Source: Bacteroidales bacterium (GTDB taxonomy: Bacteria; Bacteroidota; Bacteroidia; Bacteroidales; UBA10428). Taken from it: a DNA stretch of 64,000 nucleotides. Below are positions 9,712 to 20,480 of this stretch, piece after piece (position 1 is the stretch's first letter; each line of letters begins with the position of its first letter). The notes under the pieces are model-generated. The model did no database searches, was not told the DNA's origin, and saw nothing but the letters and a program-made list of their open reading frames with translations. The stretch covers positions 27,867 through 91,866 of the forward strand of contig JBNKPU010000078.1 of assembly GCA_050295515.1 (NCBI GenBank). The letters run 5' to 3'. The translations under genes and the position numbers were made by a program.

Positions 9712-10665
9712 ATGATAGAAAAGTCGATATATTTAGAGGGGATTGACCCTCTACACCTCTATGGGGCCAATAACGTACTGCTTGACAAGGTAAGATCGTA
9801 CTTTCCAAAATTAAAAATTGTTGCCCGGGGCAATGAAATGATTTCTATTGGTGATGAAAAAGAGATAAGAGGGTTTGAGGAAAAAATTGAATTGTTAATT
9901 TCATTCTTTCACAAATACAATAAAATTACCCTTTCTGATATCGAGGAATTATTTATATCTGGTGACACTCCATGGTTGGCGGACAATGGCGACCCAAGCG
10001 ATATCTTAGTTTATGGCAATCATGGAAAGCTAATAAAAGCCAAATCTGTAAATCAACTTAAGCTAGTTGAAGAATACAACAGCAACGATCTTTTATTTGC
10101 TTTAGGACCTGCAGGGACAGGAAAAACCTATACCGCGATAGCTCTAGCAGTTAGAGCATTAAGGAACAAAGAGGTAAAAAGGATTATTTTAACCCGTCCG
10201 GCTGTTGAAGCAGGTGAAAATCTGGGCTTCTTACCAGGTGACATGAAAGAAAAACTAGACCCATACCTTCAACCACTTTATGACGGTTTAAGAGACATGA
10301 TACCGGCAAAGAAACTTATGGGGTTTTTAGAGGATGGAACAATCGAGATTGCTCCCTTGGCATATATGCGTGGGCGAACCCTTGACAATGCATTTGTAAT
10401 ATTGGATGAAGGTCAGAACACTACCATAAACCAATTGAAGATGTTTTTAACAAGGATGGGGAAAAACGCAAAATTTATAGTTACAGGCGATATTACCCAA
10501 ATAGACCTTCCCAGAAAAGCTACTTCCGGATTAATTTATGCCATGAATATACTCATGAACATTCATGGTATATCAATTGTTAAGTTCGACATAAGAGATG
10601 TGGTCCGTCACAAATTGGTCAAGAAAATCATCGAGGCATACGATAAATCAAACGACAATTCATAA
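9712..10665 (+). CDS. phoH: PhoH-family ATPase
   Basis: GPAGTGKT, LTRPAVEAGENLGFLPG, AYMRGRTL, DEGQN, GDITQIDL; ATG at 9712 preferred. Confidence 0.93.
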   Translation: MIEKSIYLEGIDPLHLYGANNVLLDKVRSYFPKLKIVARGNEMISIGDEKEIRGFEEKIELLISFFHKYNKITLSDIEELFISGDTPWLADNGDPSDILVYGNHGKLIKAKSVNQLKLVEEYNSNDLLFALGPAGTGKTYTAIALAVRALRNKEVKRIILTRPAVEAGENLGFLPGDMKEKLDPYLQPLYDGLRDMIPAKKLMGFLEDGTIEIAPLAYMRGRTLDNAFVILDEGQNTTINQLKMFLTRMGKNAKFIVTGDITQIDLPRKATSGLIYAMNILMNIHGISIVKFDIRDVVRHKLVKKIIEAYDKSNDNS

Positions 10666-10680
10666 AAAACATTTTATACT

Positions 10681-11625
10681 ATGCAAGCATTAGTTAATAC
10701 CGACTTTAATTTTCCTGGTCAAGCAGGTGTATACAAAGGTAAAGTACGTGATGTCTATAATATTGAAGACAAATATATGGTAATGGTTGTTTCGGACCGT
10801 ATATCTGCTTTTGATGTAGTATTACCAAAAGGTATTCCCTACAAAGGTCAAGTCCTTAATCAGATTGCATCATCATTTCTTGATGCCACAAAGGATATTG
10901 TACCCAATTGGAAAATCGACACTCCTGATCCGATGGTTACAGTTGGACATTTTGCAGATCCCTTTAAAGTTGAAATGGTAATTCGTGGTTATCTGACAGG
11001 ACATGCATGGAGAGAATATAAAGCTGGGAAAAGAGAAATATGCGGCGTAGCCCTTCCGGAAGGGATGAAAGAACACCAGCAGTTTGAAAAACCAATCATT
11101 ACCCCAACAACAAAAGCTGATGAAGGGCATGATGAAGATATCAGCAAAGAAGAAATAATAAAACAGGGACTCGTAAGTGAAGCCGATTATGTGTTGCTTG
11201 AAGATTATACCCAAAAACTTTTTGAGCGGGGAACCCAGATAGCTGAAAAAATGGGGCTAATACTTGTGGACACTAAATATGAGTTCGGTAAGAAAGACGG
11301 TAAAATTTACCTAATTGATGAAATACACACTCCCGATTCATCAAGATATTTTTACAAGGAAGGATACAAAGCCCATTTCGATGCAAATGAACCTCAAAAA
11401 CAACTTTCGAAAGAATTTGTAAGAGAATGGTTAATCAGCAATGGATTTCAGGGGAAAGAAGGACAACAAATACCAGAAATGACTCCTGATTTTGTAAACC
11501 TGGTCAGCGAAAGATATATTGAGCTTTACGAAAACATTACCGGAAATGAGTTTGAGAAAGCTGATGCATCCTCGCTGGAAGACCGAATTGAAAAGAATGT
11601 AACAGGTTTTTTAAAGTCTTTATAA
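10681..11625 (+). CDS. purC: SAICAR synthase
   Basis: [37 protein letters not shown]. Confidence 0.96.
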   Translation: MQALVNTDFNFPGQAGVYKGKVRDVYNIEDKYMVMVVSDRISAFDVVLPKGIPYKGQVLNQIASSFLDATKDIVPNWKIDTPDPMVTVGHFADPFKVEMVIRGYLTGHAWREYKAGKREICGVALPEGMKEHQQFEKPIITPTTKADEGHDEDISKEEIIKQGLVSEADYVLLEDYTQKLFERGTQIAEKMGLILVDTKYEFGKKDGKIYLIDEIHTPDSSRYFYKEGYKAHFDANEPQKQLSKEFVREWLISNGFQGKEGQQIPEMTPDFVNLVSERYIELYENITGNEFEKADASSLEDRIEKNVTGFLKSL

Positions 11626-11727
11626 ATTCATAAACAGAATTACGCCTAAGGATATTTACGAAGGTGTAATTCTATTAATGAGCAATTAATTAGTATTTTC
11701 ACAATTCAATAAATAGACATTGATCTC

Positions 11728-13737
11728 ATGGGCATTGTTTTTCGGTATATTCTGTGTTTACTGCTGCCAATTTTTGTTTTCTCGTTTCAGGCGGAGGCCC
11801 AGTTTACACCCACTCCTGTTGAAAAATCAAAACAAAAGATACTTTTTCAAGGCAAGGTTTACTATGTACATACTGTTAAACAGGGGCAGACCTTGTACTC
11901 CATAAGCAGGGCATATGGAGTAACCGAGCAAGATATAGCAAGCTCAAACCCAAAAGTTTTGCTAGAGGTAATTAAACCTGGTCAAGCTTTAAAAATACCT
12001 GAAACTTCTGCTTTGGCTGATTTATCTGAGTCATATTTCGGATTAACGGAAGACGATTTTATTCTCCATACCGTAGAACCACAACAAACATTGTATTACT
12101 TATCACGAAAATATGATGTACAAGAAGAAACAATTATTAAATATAATCCAGGTTGCGACGAGATATTGCAGGTTGGTCAAATTATTAAAATCCCCAAAAA
12201 ACACCTTATTTCAGAGCAAATCAAACCTGAAAGCAGTAACCAAGATACATCTGGCACCTACCTTGTAAAGGAAGGAGACACCTTATACTCGCTTGCTAAA
12301 AAATATGGTATCTCTGTAGCAGATTTTATAGAGTACAACCCTGAGCTTAGGTGGGGACTTAAAGCTGGCATGAAACTCAGGGTTCCCGGGCATTTCCCCT
12401 TTGATGAAATCAATTATACCAGCTTGTCAGATTCTGTAACGTCACCCAAGATCAATCTTTTTAATGATCTCCAATGCGACTCCATAAAGCTGTCCAATAG
12501 CGAGAAGCACATCAAAGTAGTGCTCATGCTACCATTTCATACAAATGAAATCCTAGCACTGGATACTATTCAAAATGACTCCTTACGAAAAATACACCCA
12601 TTCAATATATATAAAAACAGGGGGAAAAGCCTGTTTAATTTTTATGAAGGATTATTGTTGGCTGTTGATTCAATAAAAAAAACAGGAAAAAACATCACTC
12701 TTTATACTTACGATACACGTAGTGACACCAATGAAGTAAAAAAAATACTTACAGAGGTTGATATAATTAAACCTAATCTAATTATAGGGCCGATTGATTC
12801 GGGCAACATTAAACTGGTCACCCAATTTTCTGAGCAAAACAAGACACCTTTAATCCTCCCCTTATCAATAAACAGCAATAGGACAAATATTGGGAATCCA
12901 TATTCGATTTATCTTTTACCAGATATAGAGACAGGACTGAATACCTTTGCCGAACTCATATCAGCTTACCATAAAGACAATTTGATCCTAATTCATAAGT
13001 CAGACTCAATAAGCATGTTAAGGGTCGAAGTATTTAAAAATGCCATTTTTGGTAAACTTGCAGCAAAATCAGTTTTTGAGACTACCCAGTATAAAGAGTT
13101 TAAGATAAATGACTCTCTTGATATTAATATTAATCATGCCGTTCGAAATGACATGAAAAATGTTTTCATCATTGTCACAAACGACGAAGCTGATGTTATA
13201 AACATACTCACAAAAATCAACCTCTCTTCTGAAGAACTAGATGTGCAGGTTTTAGGTCTTCCAACCTGGCAAACATTTACAAATTTGCAACTAGACTTGT
13301 TACATAAACTAAATACAATTGTTTACACGCCTTTTTTCATCGATTATTCTAAAAAAGAAACCATTAGGTTTTTAACAAATACCAGGACCTTATTAAAATC
13401 TGAACCTTATAAAACTGTGTGGAACGGTAGTGGTTTCAATATGACTTTTTTAGGTTATGAAACCGGAATGGTGTTTTTTAGGGCATATTTAACCTATGGC
13501 AAAGAATTTATTAATTGTTTATGTACATTGGAGGACCTAGAACCTCAGACCACATATAAATTCAAATATCTTGAAACAAATGGATTTTCTAACAAAACAA
13601 TCAATTTTGTGAATTATTCGGTTGATTACAACCTTGAACATTTGAATTTTGACCCCTCATTGGGAACTAGTGATCTCAATTTAAAGAATAAAGAAAATTC
13701 TATTTTTAATGAAGTTGAGGATGAATCTGAATATTAA
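11728..13737 (+). CDS. LysM-repeat peptidoglycan-binding protein with C-terminal periplasmic-binding-protein-like domain
   Basis: Signal peptide; three LysM repeats (HTVKQGQTLYSIS, HTVEPQQTLYYLS, YLVKEGDTLYSLA); VVLMLPF...FYEGLLLAVDS...IIGP. Confidence 0.88.
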   Translation: MGIVFRYILCLLLPIFVFSFQAEAQFTPTPVEKSKQKILFQGKVYYVHTVKQGQTLYSISRAYGVTEQDIASSNPKVLLEVIKPGQALKIPETSALADLSESYFGLTEDDFILHTVEPQQTLYYLSRKYDVQEETIIKYNPGCDEILQVGQIIKIPKKHLISEQIKPESSNQDTSGTYLVKEGDTLYSLAKKYGISVADFIEYNPELRWGLKAGMKLRVPGHFPFDEINYTSLSDSVTSPKINLFNDLQCDSIKLSNSEKHIKVVLMLPFHTNEILALDTIQNDSLRKIHPFNIYKNRGKSLFNFYEGLLLAVDSIKKTGKNITLYTYDTRSDTNEVKKILTEVDIIKPNLIIGPIDSGNIKLVTQFSEQNKTPLILPLSINSNRTNIGNPYSIYLLPDIETGLNTFAELISAYHKDNLILIHKSDSISMLRVEVFKNAIFGKLAAKSVFETTQYKEFKINDSLDININHAVRNDMKNVFIIVTNDEADVINILTKINLSSEELDVQVLGLPTWQTFTNLQLDLLHKLNTIVYTPFFIDYSKKETIRFLTNTRTLLKSEPYKTVWNGSGFNMTFLGYETGMVFFRAYLTYGKEFINCLCTLEDLEPQTTYKFKYLETNGFSNKTINFVNYSVDYNLEHLNFDPSLGTSDLNLKNKENSIFNEVEDESEY

Positions 13738-13767
13738 ATTTACCTTTTTATCTAAATAACAACTTTG

Positions 13768-14139
13768 TCACTCAAGATTTTTAAGTACTGACCTGGTTAA
13801 TTGTTTAATTCCAGACTTAGTTTTCAAAGCACATTCTATAGCCCCTTTGCTAACAACTTCCAGAGTGTTTCGCAGGTTTAAAGAGGATGAAACAACTATA
13901 AATTTAGAATCAGGATGGATACGTTTATATTCTTCCATGAATTCTACGCCAGTCCAATTTCCTTCTCCCAAAACATAATCTACAATAATAATAGAGCCTT
14001 CCGGAGCCTGACTCATGAAACATGTTTCACCATCAGGAAATACGGAAACAATAAAGGACTTATGTAATTCTAGCTCTGCTTTTAATTCTTCCTGGAAACT
14101 GTTATTAGGTCCAATTATATAAACCTTGTTTTTTTCCAT
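13768..14139 (-). CDS. Single-domain (atypical) response regulator receiver
   Basis: IIIVDY, TGVEFM, IVVSS and conserved Lys; N-terminal acidic pair replaced (IIGPNN). Confidence 0.75.
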   Translation of the reverse strand: MEKNKVYIIGPNNSFQEELKAELELHKSFIVSVFPDGETCFMSQAPEGSIIIVDYVLGEGNWTGVEFMEEYKRIHPDSKFIVVSSSLNLRNTLEVVSKGAIECALKTKSGIKQLTRSVLKNLE

Positions 14140-14153
14140 AAGATAATATCATG

Positions 14154-16397
14154 CTACTCCAGTGAAATTTGTTTTGTTGCATTAATAAATAACATATCTC
14201 CCATTTCTTCAAACCCTCCAAAAACTTCATCAATATTATGCTTAAGCTGCTCTTCCCTGAAGCCAACTAAAGTGAGGCCTGCATCAAGTGATCTTTCACA
14301 GATTATACTTTTAGAACTGACATCCTGATTTGCCTCAATAATTTCAATATTCCCCGGCGATATTGGCAAGCGGCCTGTTTGAATTGTATTCAACAATTTC
14401 TGCTTATGCTCTTCGCCCTTACCTGTTGGTGATATTTCAAAAATGGTTATTTTCCCCTTTTTCCAATCAGCATGTCCGAGTATTATATAGCTTAACAGTA
14501 TCATTAGGTTTGAATTTTCAAAGTCGGTTGACTTGATCCAAACATGAATACCTTGTTTAAAATTAATTTTCCTGTTGGTTGATCCCAAAACACATACATC
14601 AAGATTTGCAGCCCTGGCCAAGGAAACATTTTCGGCAATTTGTTGCAATCCATCCCTTATCTCCTTGTCAAATTCAAAAAGGATCATATTATTGGGCAGA
14701 CCAGATATTCCGGGAAGTTGAACTGTTTGAGCAATAGCTGATGTAAAGGAAGGAGAGATTAATGTATCGATATATACATTACTGTCTTCATCGGAAATTT
14801 CCATTAACCTTTCATGAATCTCTTCTGATTTTATATTAGAAGCCCTTGAAAAATAGTCTTCAATCAGGTGGATGTAGGTTCCAAAGCCATAACGGTCTGC
14901 TATCCATTCTAACAGACGCATTGCCTTATCGCGTTCAAATGAATGTTTGGATACACAAACTACTGAAGGCCTCCATTTCTCATGTTTATCTTCCTTCTCT
15001 TTTTTCTGAATAAAAACCTGTATCTTTCTGCTCAATTGAAACATTGCCCCTTTAAAAATGGACTGCATTCCTCCCCTGTCTTTATGAATAAAACTCACAA
15101 TCATATAGAGCACAACCATTACTATAACAGCTGCCAGCGCATAGGTCGGATCCATTTTAAACATTAGCCAAACACAAAAAACAAATCCAACCAGCGAAAT
15201 ATACCATCTCGATTTGAATACAGGACGGTAAGATGGGTCAGCTCCAAAATGGTATAAGAATGATATCAAACAGATAGCCCCATAAGTAACCATAAAAAAC
15301 ATTGATATTATCCTGGCCACCGAATCAACCTCACCTTGAAGAACAAAAACAAGTGCTATTATACTTGTTATTATAGTTGCCGAATAAGGCTCTTTGGTTT
15401 TTCCACGCCCCATGGCAACTAACCTGTTTAAAGGTTTAATTGGAATTGAACCGTCAATACCTAAAGCCTGGAGTGTCCTTGGAGCCACCATAATTGATCC
15501 TAAAGCTGATGATATCGTTGAAGCCGCAAGTCCTAATGGGAAAATAAACGTTCCGGCTATCATAACTTTTCGCATCACATAGTAATCGGTTGAAAGGTCA
15601 TCTCGTGGTACTGACACAGCTAATTTGTATGCTATAAACCCATAAATAATCATACCTGAAATGGTTGCTATGGTTGTGCCTAAAGGAATAGACTTACCTG
15701 GATTCTTAAGGTCACCAGACAGCCCTACACCGGCAGTCATACCTGTAAAAGCTGGAAAGATTATGGCGAATACAACAAAGAATTTTTCACCTATATTGCC
15801 CATTTGAATTGAAAGAATATCAGAATCGACAGCAATACCTGTATCACTAATAAAAAATAATACCAAGGATAATGTTAACAAGGCAACCACAATATAAAGC
15901 GCTTTAACTCCAATATTAGCACCTTTGGTTAGAATTAGAAAAGCCAGCCCCACCAGAGAAGGCACACTGATCAATTGTCTTGGTATTTCACTGTCTGGTC
16001 CAAAAATTCCTTGCCACCAAGGATTGGCCCATGTAAAAAATGGTTCAAAAGCTTCCGTAAATGCAATAATATAGAAAGCAACACTAATAGCTTGAGACAG
16101 ATACAGGGCAATGCCTATTGTTGCTCCAATATTTAGTCCAAATGACCTGCTGATAATAAAATATTCACCTCCTCCTTCAACACGCTGATTTGTTGCAATC
16201 TCTGAAATTGCAAGAGCCGTTGGAATTGTAACAAGGTGCCCGACCATGATAATAAATATAGTACCAATAAAACCAAGTTCACCAACTGCAAATCCAAAAC
16301 GAAGAAAAAGGATAGCACCTAGAATTGTTGAAATTGCAGTAAAAAAGACTGGAGCTGTCCCAAACCCGGATTTTGCAGACTTTTTGGTTTTTGCCAT
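14154..16397 (-). CDS. APC-superfamily permease, cation-chloride cotransporter (SLC12-like) with C-terminal cytoplasmic domain
   Basis: TILGAILFLR, GGGEYFIISRSFG, IFPAFTGMTAG, SGDLKNP, WRPSV; ATG at 16397 preferred. Confidence 0.85.
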   Translation of the reverse strand: MAKTKKSAKSGFGTAPVFFTAISTILGAILFLRFGFAVGELGFIGTIFIIMVGHLVTIPTALAISEIATNQRVEGGGEYFIISRSFGLNIGATIGIALYLSQAISVAFYIIAFTEAFEPFFTWANPWWQGIFGPDSEIPRQLISVPSLVGLAFLILTKGANIGVKALYIVVALLTLSLVLFFISDTGIAVDSDILSIQMGNIGEKFFVVFAIIFPAFTGMTAGVGLSGDLKNPGKSIPLGTTIATISGMIIYGFIAYKLAVSVPRDDLSTDYYVMRKVMIAGTFIFPLGLAASTISSALGSIMVAPRTLQALGIDGSIPIKPLNRLVAMGRGKTKEPYSATIITSIIALVFVLQGEVDSVARIISMFFMVTYGAICLISFLYHFGADPSYRPVFKSRWYISLVGFVFCVWLMFKMDPTYALAAVIVMVVLYMIVSFIHKDRGGMQSIFKGAMFQLSRKIQVFIQKKEKEDKHEKWRPSVVCVSKHSFERDKAMRLLEWIADRYGFGTYIHLIEDYFSRASNIKSEEIHERLMEISDEDSNVYIDTLISPSFTSAIAQTVQLPGISGLPNNMILFEFDKEIRDGLQQIAENVSLARAANLDVCVLGSTNRKINFKQGIHVWIKSTDFENSNLMILLSYIILGHADWKKGKITIFEISPTGKGEEHKQKLLNTIQTGRLPISPGNIEIIEANQDVSSKSIICERSLDAGLTLVGFREEQLKHNIDEVFGGFEEMGDMLFINATKQISLE

Positions 16398-16519
16398 ATT
16401 AGTAGTTTTTAGGGAAACCCAAAATAATAAAAACAATTAGATTCCCAAAATATTAAGTGATTAGCCAGCTTTGTTTTGGAGTAAAAAAAAGCCCGGTAAT
16501 CCGAGCATTTGTTTTTTGT

Positions 16520-16927
16520 TTATTGAACCAGTACGACTTCAATCTGACAATGCCCGGAATTATTATCTCTAAATCTTACTAAAATATCGTAAAATTCTGT
16601 CTTGTTACACAAAAAAGTTGCTGCCTCATAGTATTTATCCTCTCCCAGATCGTTGGTAAGGACTTTAGTGTCTGCATCAAAAACATCAAGAACTGCAATT
16701 CCTGGTTTGTCATTAATATTGTTTGTGATACGGAACACATATTTTGACCCCTTGTTGAATTTCATGGTCATGAAGAACTCATTTTCGTATTCAATATCAC
16801 TAACCTGTTGAAGTTCAAAATCGATTTGTTTAATAAAAATCTCTTTTTGAGCAATTACATGCGTTGATAAAAGCAAACTAAACAATGAAAACAATACTAT
16901 TGGCTTTAAAAATTTCATCATGTCCAT
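16520..16927 (-). CDS. Hypothetical exported protein
   Basis: Signal peptide, beta-rich 135-aa ORF. Confidence 0.65.
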   Translation of the reverse strand: MDMMKFLKPIVLFSLFSLLLSTHVIAQKEIFIKQIDFELQQVSDIEYENEFFMTMKFNKGSKYVFRITNNINDKPGIAVLDVFDADTKVLTNDLGEDKYYEAATFLCNKTEFYDILVRFRDNNSGHCQIEVVLVQ

Positions 16928-16990
16928 ATTTTGTTCAAATCAAAATTACCACCATTTTTATTAGGCAAACAAACAAACTTTTAAACAGTT

Positions 16991-17770
16991 CTATTGTTCT
17001 TTGATCTTTAGCCACTCAAGTGAAGTGTCGAGCATAATCAGCTTTGCATGCTCAGAAATTCGCATAATATTGCTCCTACTTAAACGGCTAACTTCTTTGA
17101 TTAGTTTATCGTCATAAAATTCAGTAGTCAATCCATCACAACTGCTTGTTCCATTTCTCATGTAAAACAGCGCTTTAACCTGTCTTTTTTCATCATAACT
17201 CTGCAAAGCTGCAACAAGGGCATTAAGTCTTGAGAAACTACCTTGGCTTTCTTTCCACCATTTTTCTGCCTGGTTAACTGACAGTTCCAGAATAATTGAT
17301 CGAAGCTCATCATCTGTAGCTTTTTCAATTTTTTTTCTATTATTCGAATTATTGTAATAGTTTGGAAAAGTAATTTTAATAAAATCCCTGACATCTTCGG
17401 CAGGCAAATGAATTCCGCTAAACCCAAAATTATTGAAGCTTATATCCTCGATTAACCAACCGGCCCTAATAACTATATAGTCAATATCATAATCAAGAAT
17501 TTGTCCATGCCCAAAGAATTTTTCAGCTCCCGGATATATCAAATTTCCGGTATTTTCTAATTTCACCTTCTTATTGTCACCTAACATATCAAACAGATCT
17601 GGTAGTATTTTACCCTGCATACTCTCCAGAGACTGTTTTGCTAGCTTGACCTTTTTCCAATCTGATGATTTAAAATCAGTCAGCAATTCATCTTTTGATT
17701 GTCCATTAACTTTTATGCCAATAGACAAAATCAAAATCATTGCGGCAAATCCTTTTAAAATATTCATCAT
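16991..17770 (-). CDS. Hypothetical exported protein
   Basis: Signal peptide, helical 259-aa ORF. Confidence 0.7.
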   Translation of the reverse strand: MMNILKGFAAMILILSIGIKVNGQSKDELLTDFKSSDWKKVKLAKQSLESMQGKILPDLFDMLGDNKKVKLENTGNLIYPGAEKFFGHGQILDYDIDYIVIRAGWLIEDISFNNFGFSGIHLPAEDVRDFIKITFPNYYNNSNNRKKIEKATDDELRSIILELSVNQAEKWWKESQGSFSRLNALVAALQSYDEKRQVKALFYMRNGTSSCDGLTTEFYDDKLIKEVSRLSRSNIMRISEHAKLIMLDTSLEWLKIKEQ

Positions 17771-17828
17771 ACTCAGTTTTAATTAATTGACTATATATAA
17801 AATTAATAAAAAAAATATAAGATCAAAT

Positions 17829-18557
17829 TTACTTCTCCCAATGAGGAAGATATTCTTCGTAAATGTTATCCATAGCCCTGAACATATTCTTTTTAGCTAT
17901 GGGATGCATTTGCTCCAAACTATTAATAATTCCCTTTAATTCAGACCGTTTTGTATTCTCAAATCCACAACGTTTCACTTCTTTCTTATACCCCTTTATT
18001 TGTGAATATTTAACCAGTTCTTTTTCAGTAATCTCCAACAAAGGCCGAATGACTTCAACACGTCCGTCAAACATTTTCAGTTTAAAAGGCATTGAACTTA
18101 TTGATCCATGATACATTAAGTTCAAAAACATGGTCTGCAAAGCATCGTCCATATGGTGTCCAAAAGCCATTTTATTACACCCTAGTTCCTTTGTTAATTC
18201 AAATAAAGCCTTCCTTCTGTTCCAGGAACAAATAAAGCATTCGCTCTTTTTTGATTTGTCAGACATTTCAATCTGAAATTGTTTAACAAAGAACTTTACG
18301 TTTAAACTGGCACAAAAGTTATCTAAGTAATCAATATCTGTAATGTAACCAATGTTGTCAATATAGATGTGGCAGGCAAAAATTTCGATCGGAAATGGAA
18401 GGTGTCTCCTTGCCTCTGTAAGGATATCCAACAGGATCATAGAATCTTTTCCTCCTGAAAGAGCCACTAAAATTTTATCCCCTTCAGCTAACATTTTTTG
18501 CTTGCCAAGTGTTCTTCCAACCCTTTTGTTTAAATTGTGTATATATTTGTTCCGCAT
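17829..18557 (-). CDS. ttcA: tRNA 2-thiocytidine biosynthesis protein TtcA family
   Basis: SGGKDS PP-loop, CFIC, GHHMDD, IRPL. Confidence 0.88.
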   Translation of the reverse strand: MRNKYIHNLNKRVGRTLGKQKMLAEGDKILVALSGGKDSMILLDILTEARRHLPFPIEIFACHIYIDNIGYITDIDYLDNFCASLNVKFFVKQFQIEMSDKSKKSECFICSWNRRKALFELTKELGCNKMAFGHHMDDALQTMFLNLMYHGSISSMPFKLKMFDGRVEVIRPLLEITEKELVKYSQIKGYKKEVKRCGFENTKRSELKGIINSLEQMHPIAKKNMFRAMDNIYEEYLPHWEK

Positions 18558-18998
18558 AATTTTTTAATTATTATCGATCTAAAAATAACACTTTTGATTT
18601 TAGCGTTTATTAATAGAACCAACAACTGATTATTTTCCATTTATAACTAATGCTGTGAAAAGAACATTTATTTATTGCTTTGCTATTATACTTTTATTGA
18701 CCTCATGCGCCACTACTAAATATCAAAGAGAATTGAAACGCATGGACAGAAAATGCGATTGCAACAAAAAAAATAAACATTAGCTTTGGCGCATTGACCG
18801 ACAAAATGCAGGTTTCACCCTCACCATTAATCCATTACCAGAAAAACGATATATTGAGTTAATTTTAACAGAATATAAATAGTTCTTTTTTGGCCTAAAC
18901 CATATTGAAAAAATTAAAGATTCACTAAATTGCAGCCCCTTTTTGTGAACACAATAACAGAAACGGGGTTAAATCGCTGAAAATAAACAAATAACAAT

Positions 18999-19604
18999 AT
19001 GCAAAGCAAACTTCAGGAATTAACAGAGAAAATTTATCAGGAAGGTTTGGAGAAGGGTAATACCGAAGCTAAAACTATAATCGATAATGCTCAGGTTAAA
19101 GCTAAAGAAATAATTGAAAAAGCAAAAAAAGAAGCTGATCAGATAATTGAAGCGGCTCAAAAAAAAGCTTCTGAAACCCAATCAAATACAGAATCTGAAA
19201 TTAGACTATCTTCAAAACAAGCATTAAACGCATTAAAACAACAAATTACTGATGTAATTAATGATAAAGTTGTAAGCGAAGCCATTGCAGAGTCGTTCGA
19301 CAAAGATTTTACAAAATCCATTATTGAAACAACTTTGAAGAATTGGACAAGCAGTCAATCTTCAGATATTACAGCCTTGCTTCCTGCTGATTCAGAAAAA
19401 GAATTAAGCGATTACTTTAAAAAATCTCTTAAAACCCTATTAGATAAAGGACTGGAAATTAAATTTGTCGACTCTATTCAAGCTGGCTTTCAAATAGTTC
19501 CAAAAGATGGCAGCTATAAAGTAAGTTTCACAAATGAAGATTTTGTCAATTTCTTTAAACAATACCTTCGCCCAAAACTAGTTGATCTTTTATTCCAGGA
19601 CTAA
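18999..19604 (+). CDS. atpE: V-type ATP synthase subunit E
   Basis: MQSKLQELTEKIYQEG; coiled coil; first gene of the V-ATPase operon. Confidence 0.9.
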   Translation: MQSKLQELTEKIYQEGLEKGNTEAKTIIDNAQVKAKEIIEKAKKEADQIIEAAQKKASETQSNTESEIRLSSKQALNALKQQITDVINDKVVSEAIAESFDKDFTKSIIETTLKNWTSSQSSDITALLPADSEKELSDYFKKSLKTLLDKGLEIKFVDSIQAGFQIVPKDGSYKVSFTNEDFVNFFKQYLRPKLVDLLFQD

Positions 19605-19616
19605 AAAAACAATTTT

Positions 19617-20471
19617 ATGAGCCGACAATACTATTACTTGGTTGCCGGATTGCCAGATATAGTTTATGATGATAAGAAGATTCCTTTGTCACAGTTAGAG
19701 TTTCGTGAATACTTGAAGGAACATCTACCTGAAGACGACATGGAATTAATTAAGCTGTACTATTGGCGTTACGACAACCAAAATGTAATGAACCGCTTAA
19801 ATGGCTCTGATGAAGAATTCCTGTCTTTGGGCAATTTAACAGCAGATGACCTTGATGAACTTTTTGCTGCTGTAAAGGAAGGTTCGTTCGATACTGCTTC
19901 AAAAATAGCACCTCCATACTTTGGGGAATTTATTGACGCCTTTAAAAACGAAACCCAACTATTTGAAGGGAAAAGATGGGACCTGCAATTATCAGAACTC
20001 TATTATCAGTTTGCAACTTCAACCAGCAACACCTTTATTAACAACTGGTTTTTGTTTGAAAAAGATTTTAATAATGTATTGACAGCATACAACTGCCGGA
20101 ACAACGAGTTTGATGTTGCCAAACAGGTAATTGGCGAGGGTGAGTTGTACGACAAACTCATTAAAAGCAGCACTAAAGACTTTGGCATTACCGATGAAAT
20201 AGAAAATGTCGAAAGAATATTTAAAGCTGCGGATGAGGAAGACATCATCAAACAGGAGAAAGGCTTGGATATAATTAAATGGGAAAAACTTGCAGAAGAT
20301 TCATTCTTTCATTATTTCAGCCTGGAGAAACTATTTGCATTTACGATCCAGCTTTCCATTGCTGAAAGATGGATAACATTGGATAAGGAAACTGGAATTA
20401 AATTATTTGAAGAATTACTAAATAGCCTGGAAGGCAGTTACGAATTTCCAGCAGATTTTAGTTTAAAATAA
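19617..20471 (+). CDS. DUF2764 protein (V-ATPase subunit C-like)
   Basis: YYYLVAGLPD N-terminus; position between subunits E and A. Confidence 0.85.
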   Translation: MSRQYYYLVAGLPDIVYDDKKIPLSQLEFREYLKEHLPEDDMELIKLYYWRYDNQNVMNRLNGSDEEFLSLGNLTADDLDELFAAVKEGSFDTASKIAPPYFGEFIDAFKNETQLFEGKRWDLQLSELYYQFATSTSNTFINNWFLFEKDFNNVLTAYNCRNNEFDVAKQVIGEGELYDKLIKSSTKDFGITDEIENVERIFKAADEEDIIKQEKGLDIIKWEKLAEDSFFHYFSLEKLFAFTIQLSIAERWITLDKETGIKLFEELLNSLEGSYEFPADFSLK

Positions 20472-20480
20472 AGATATAAC

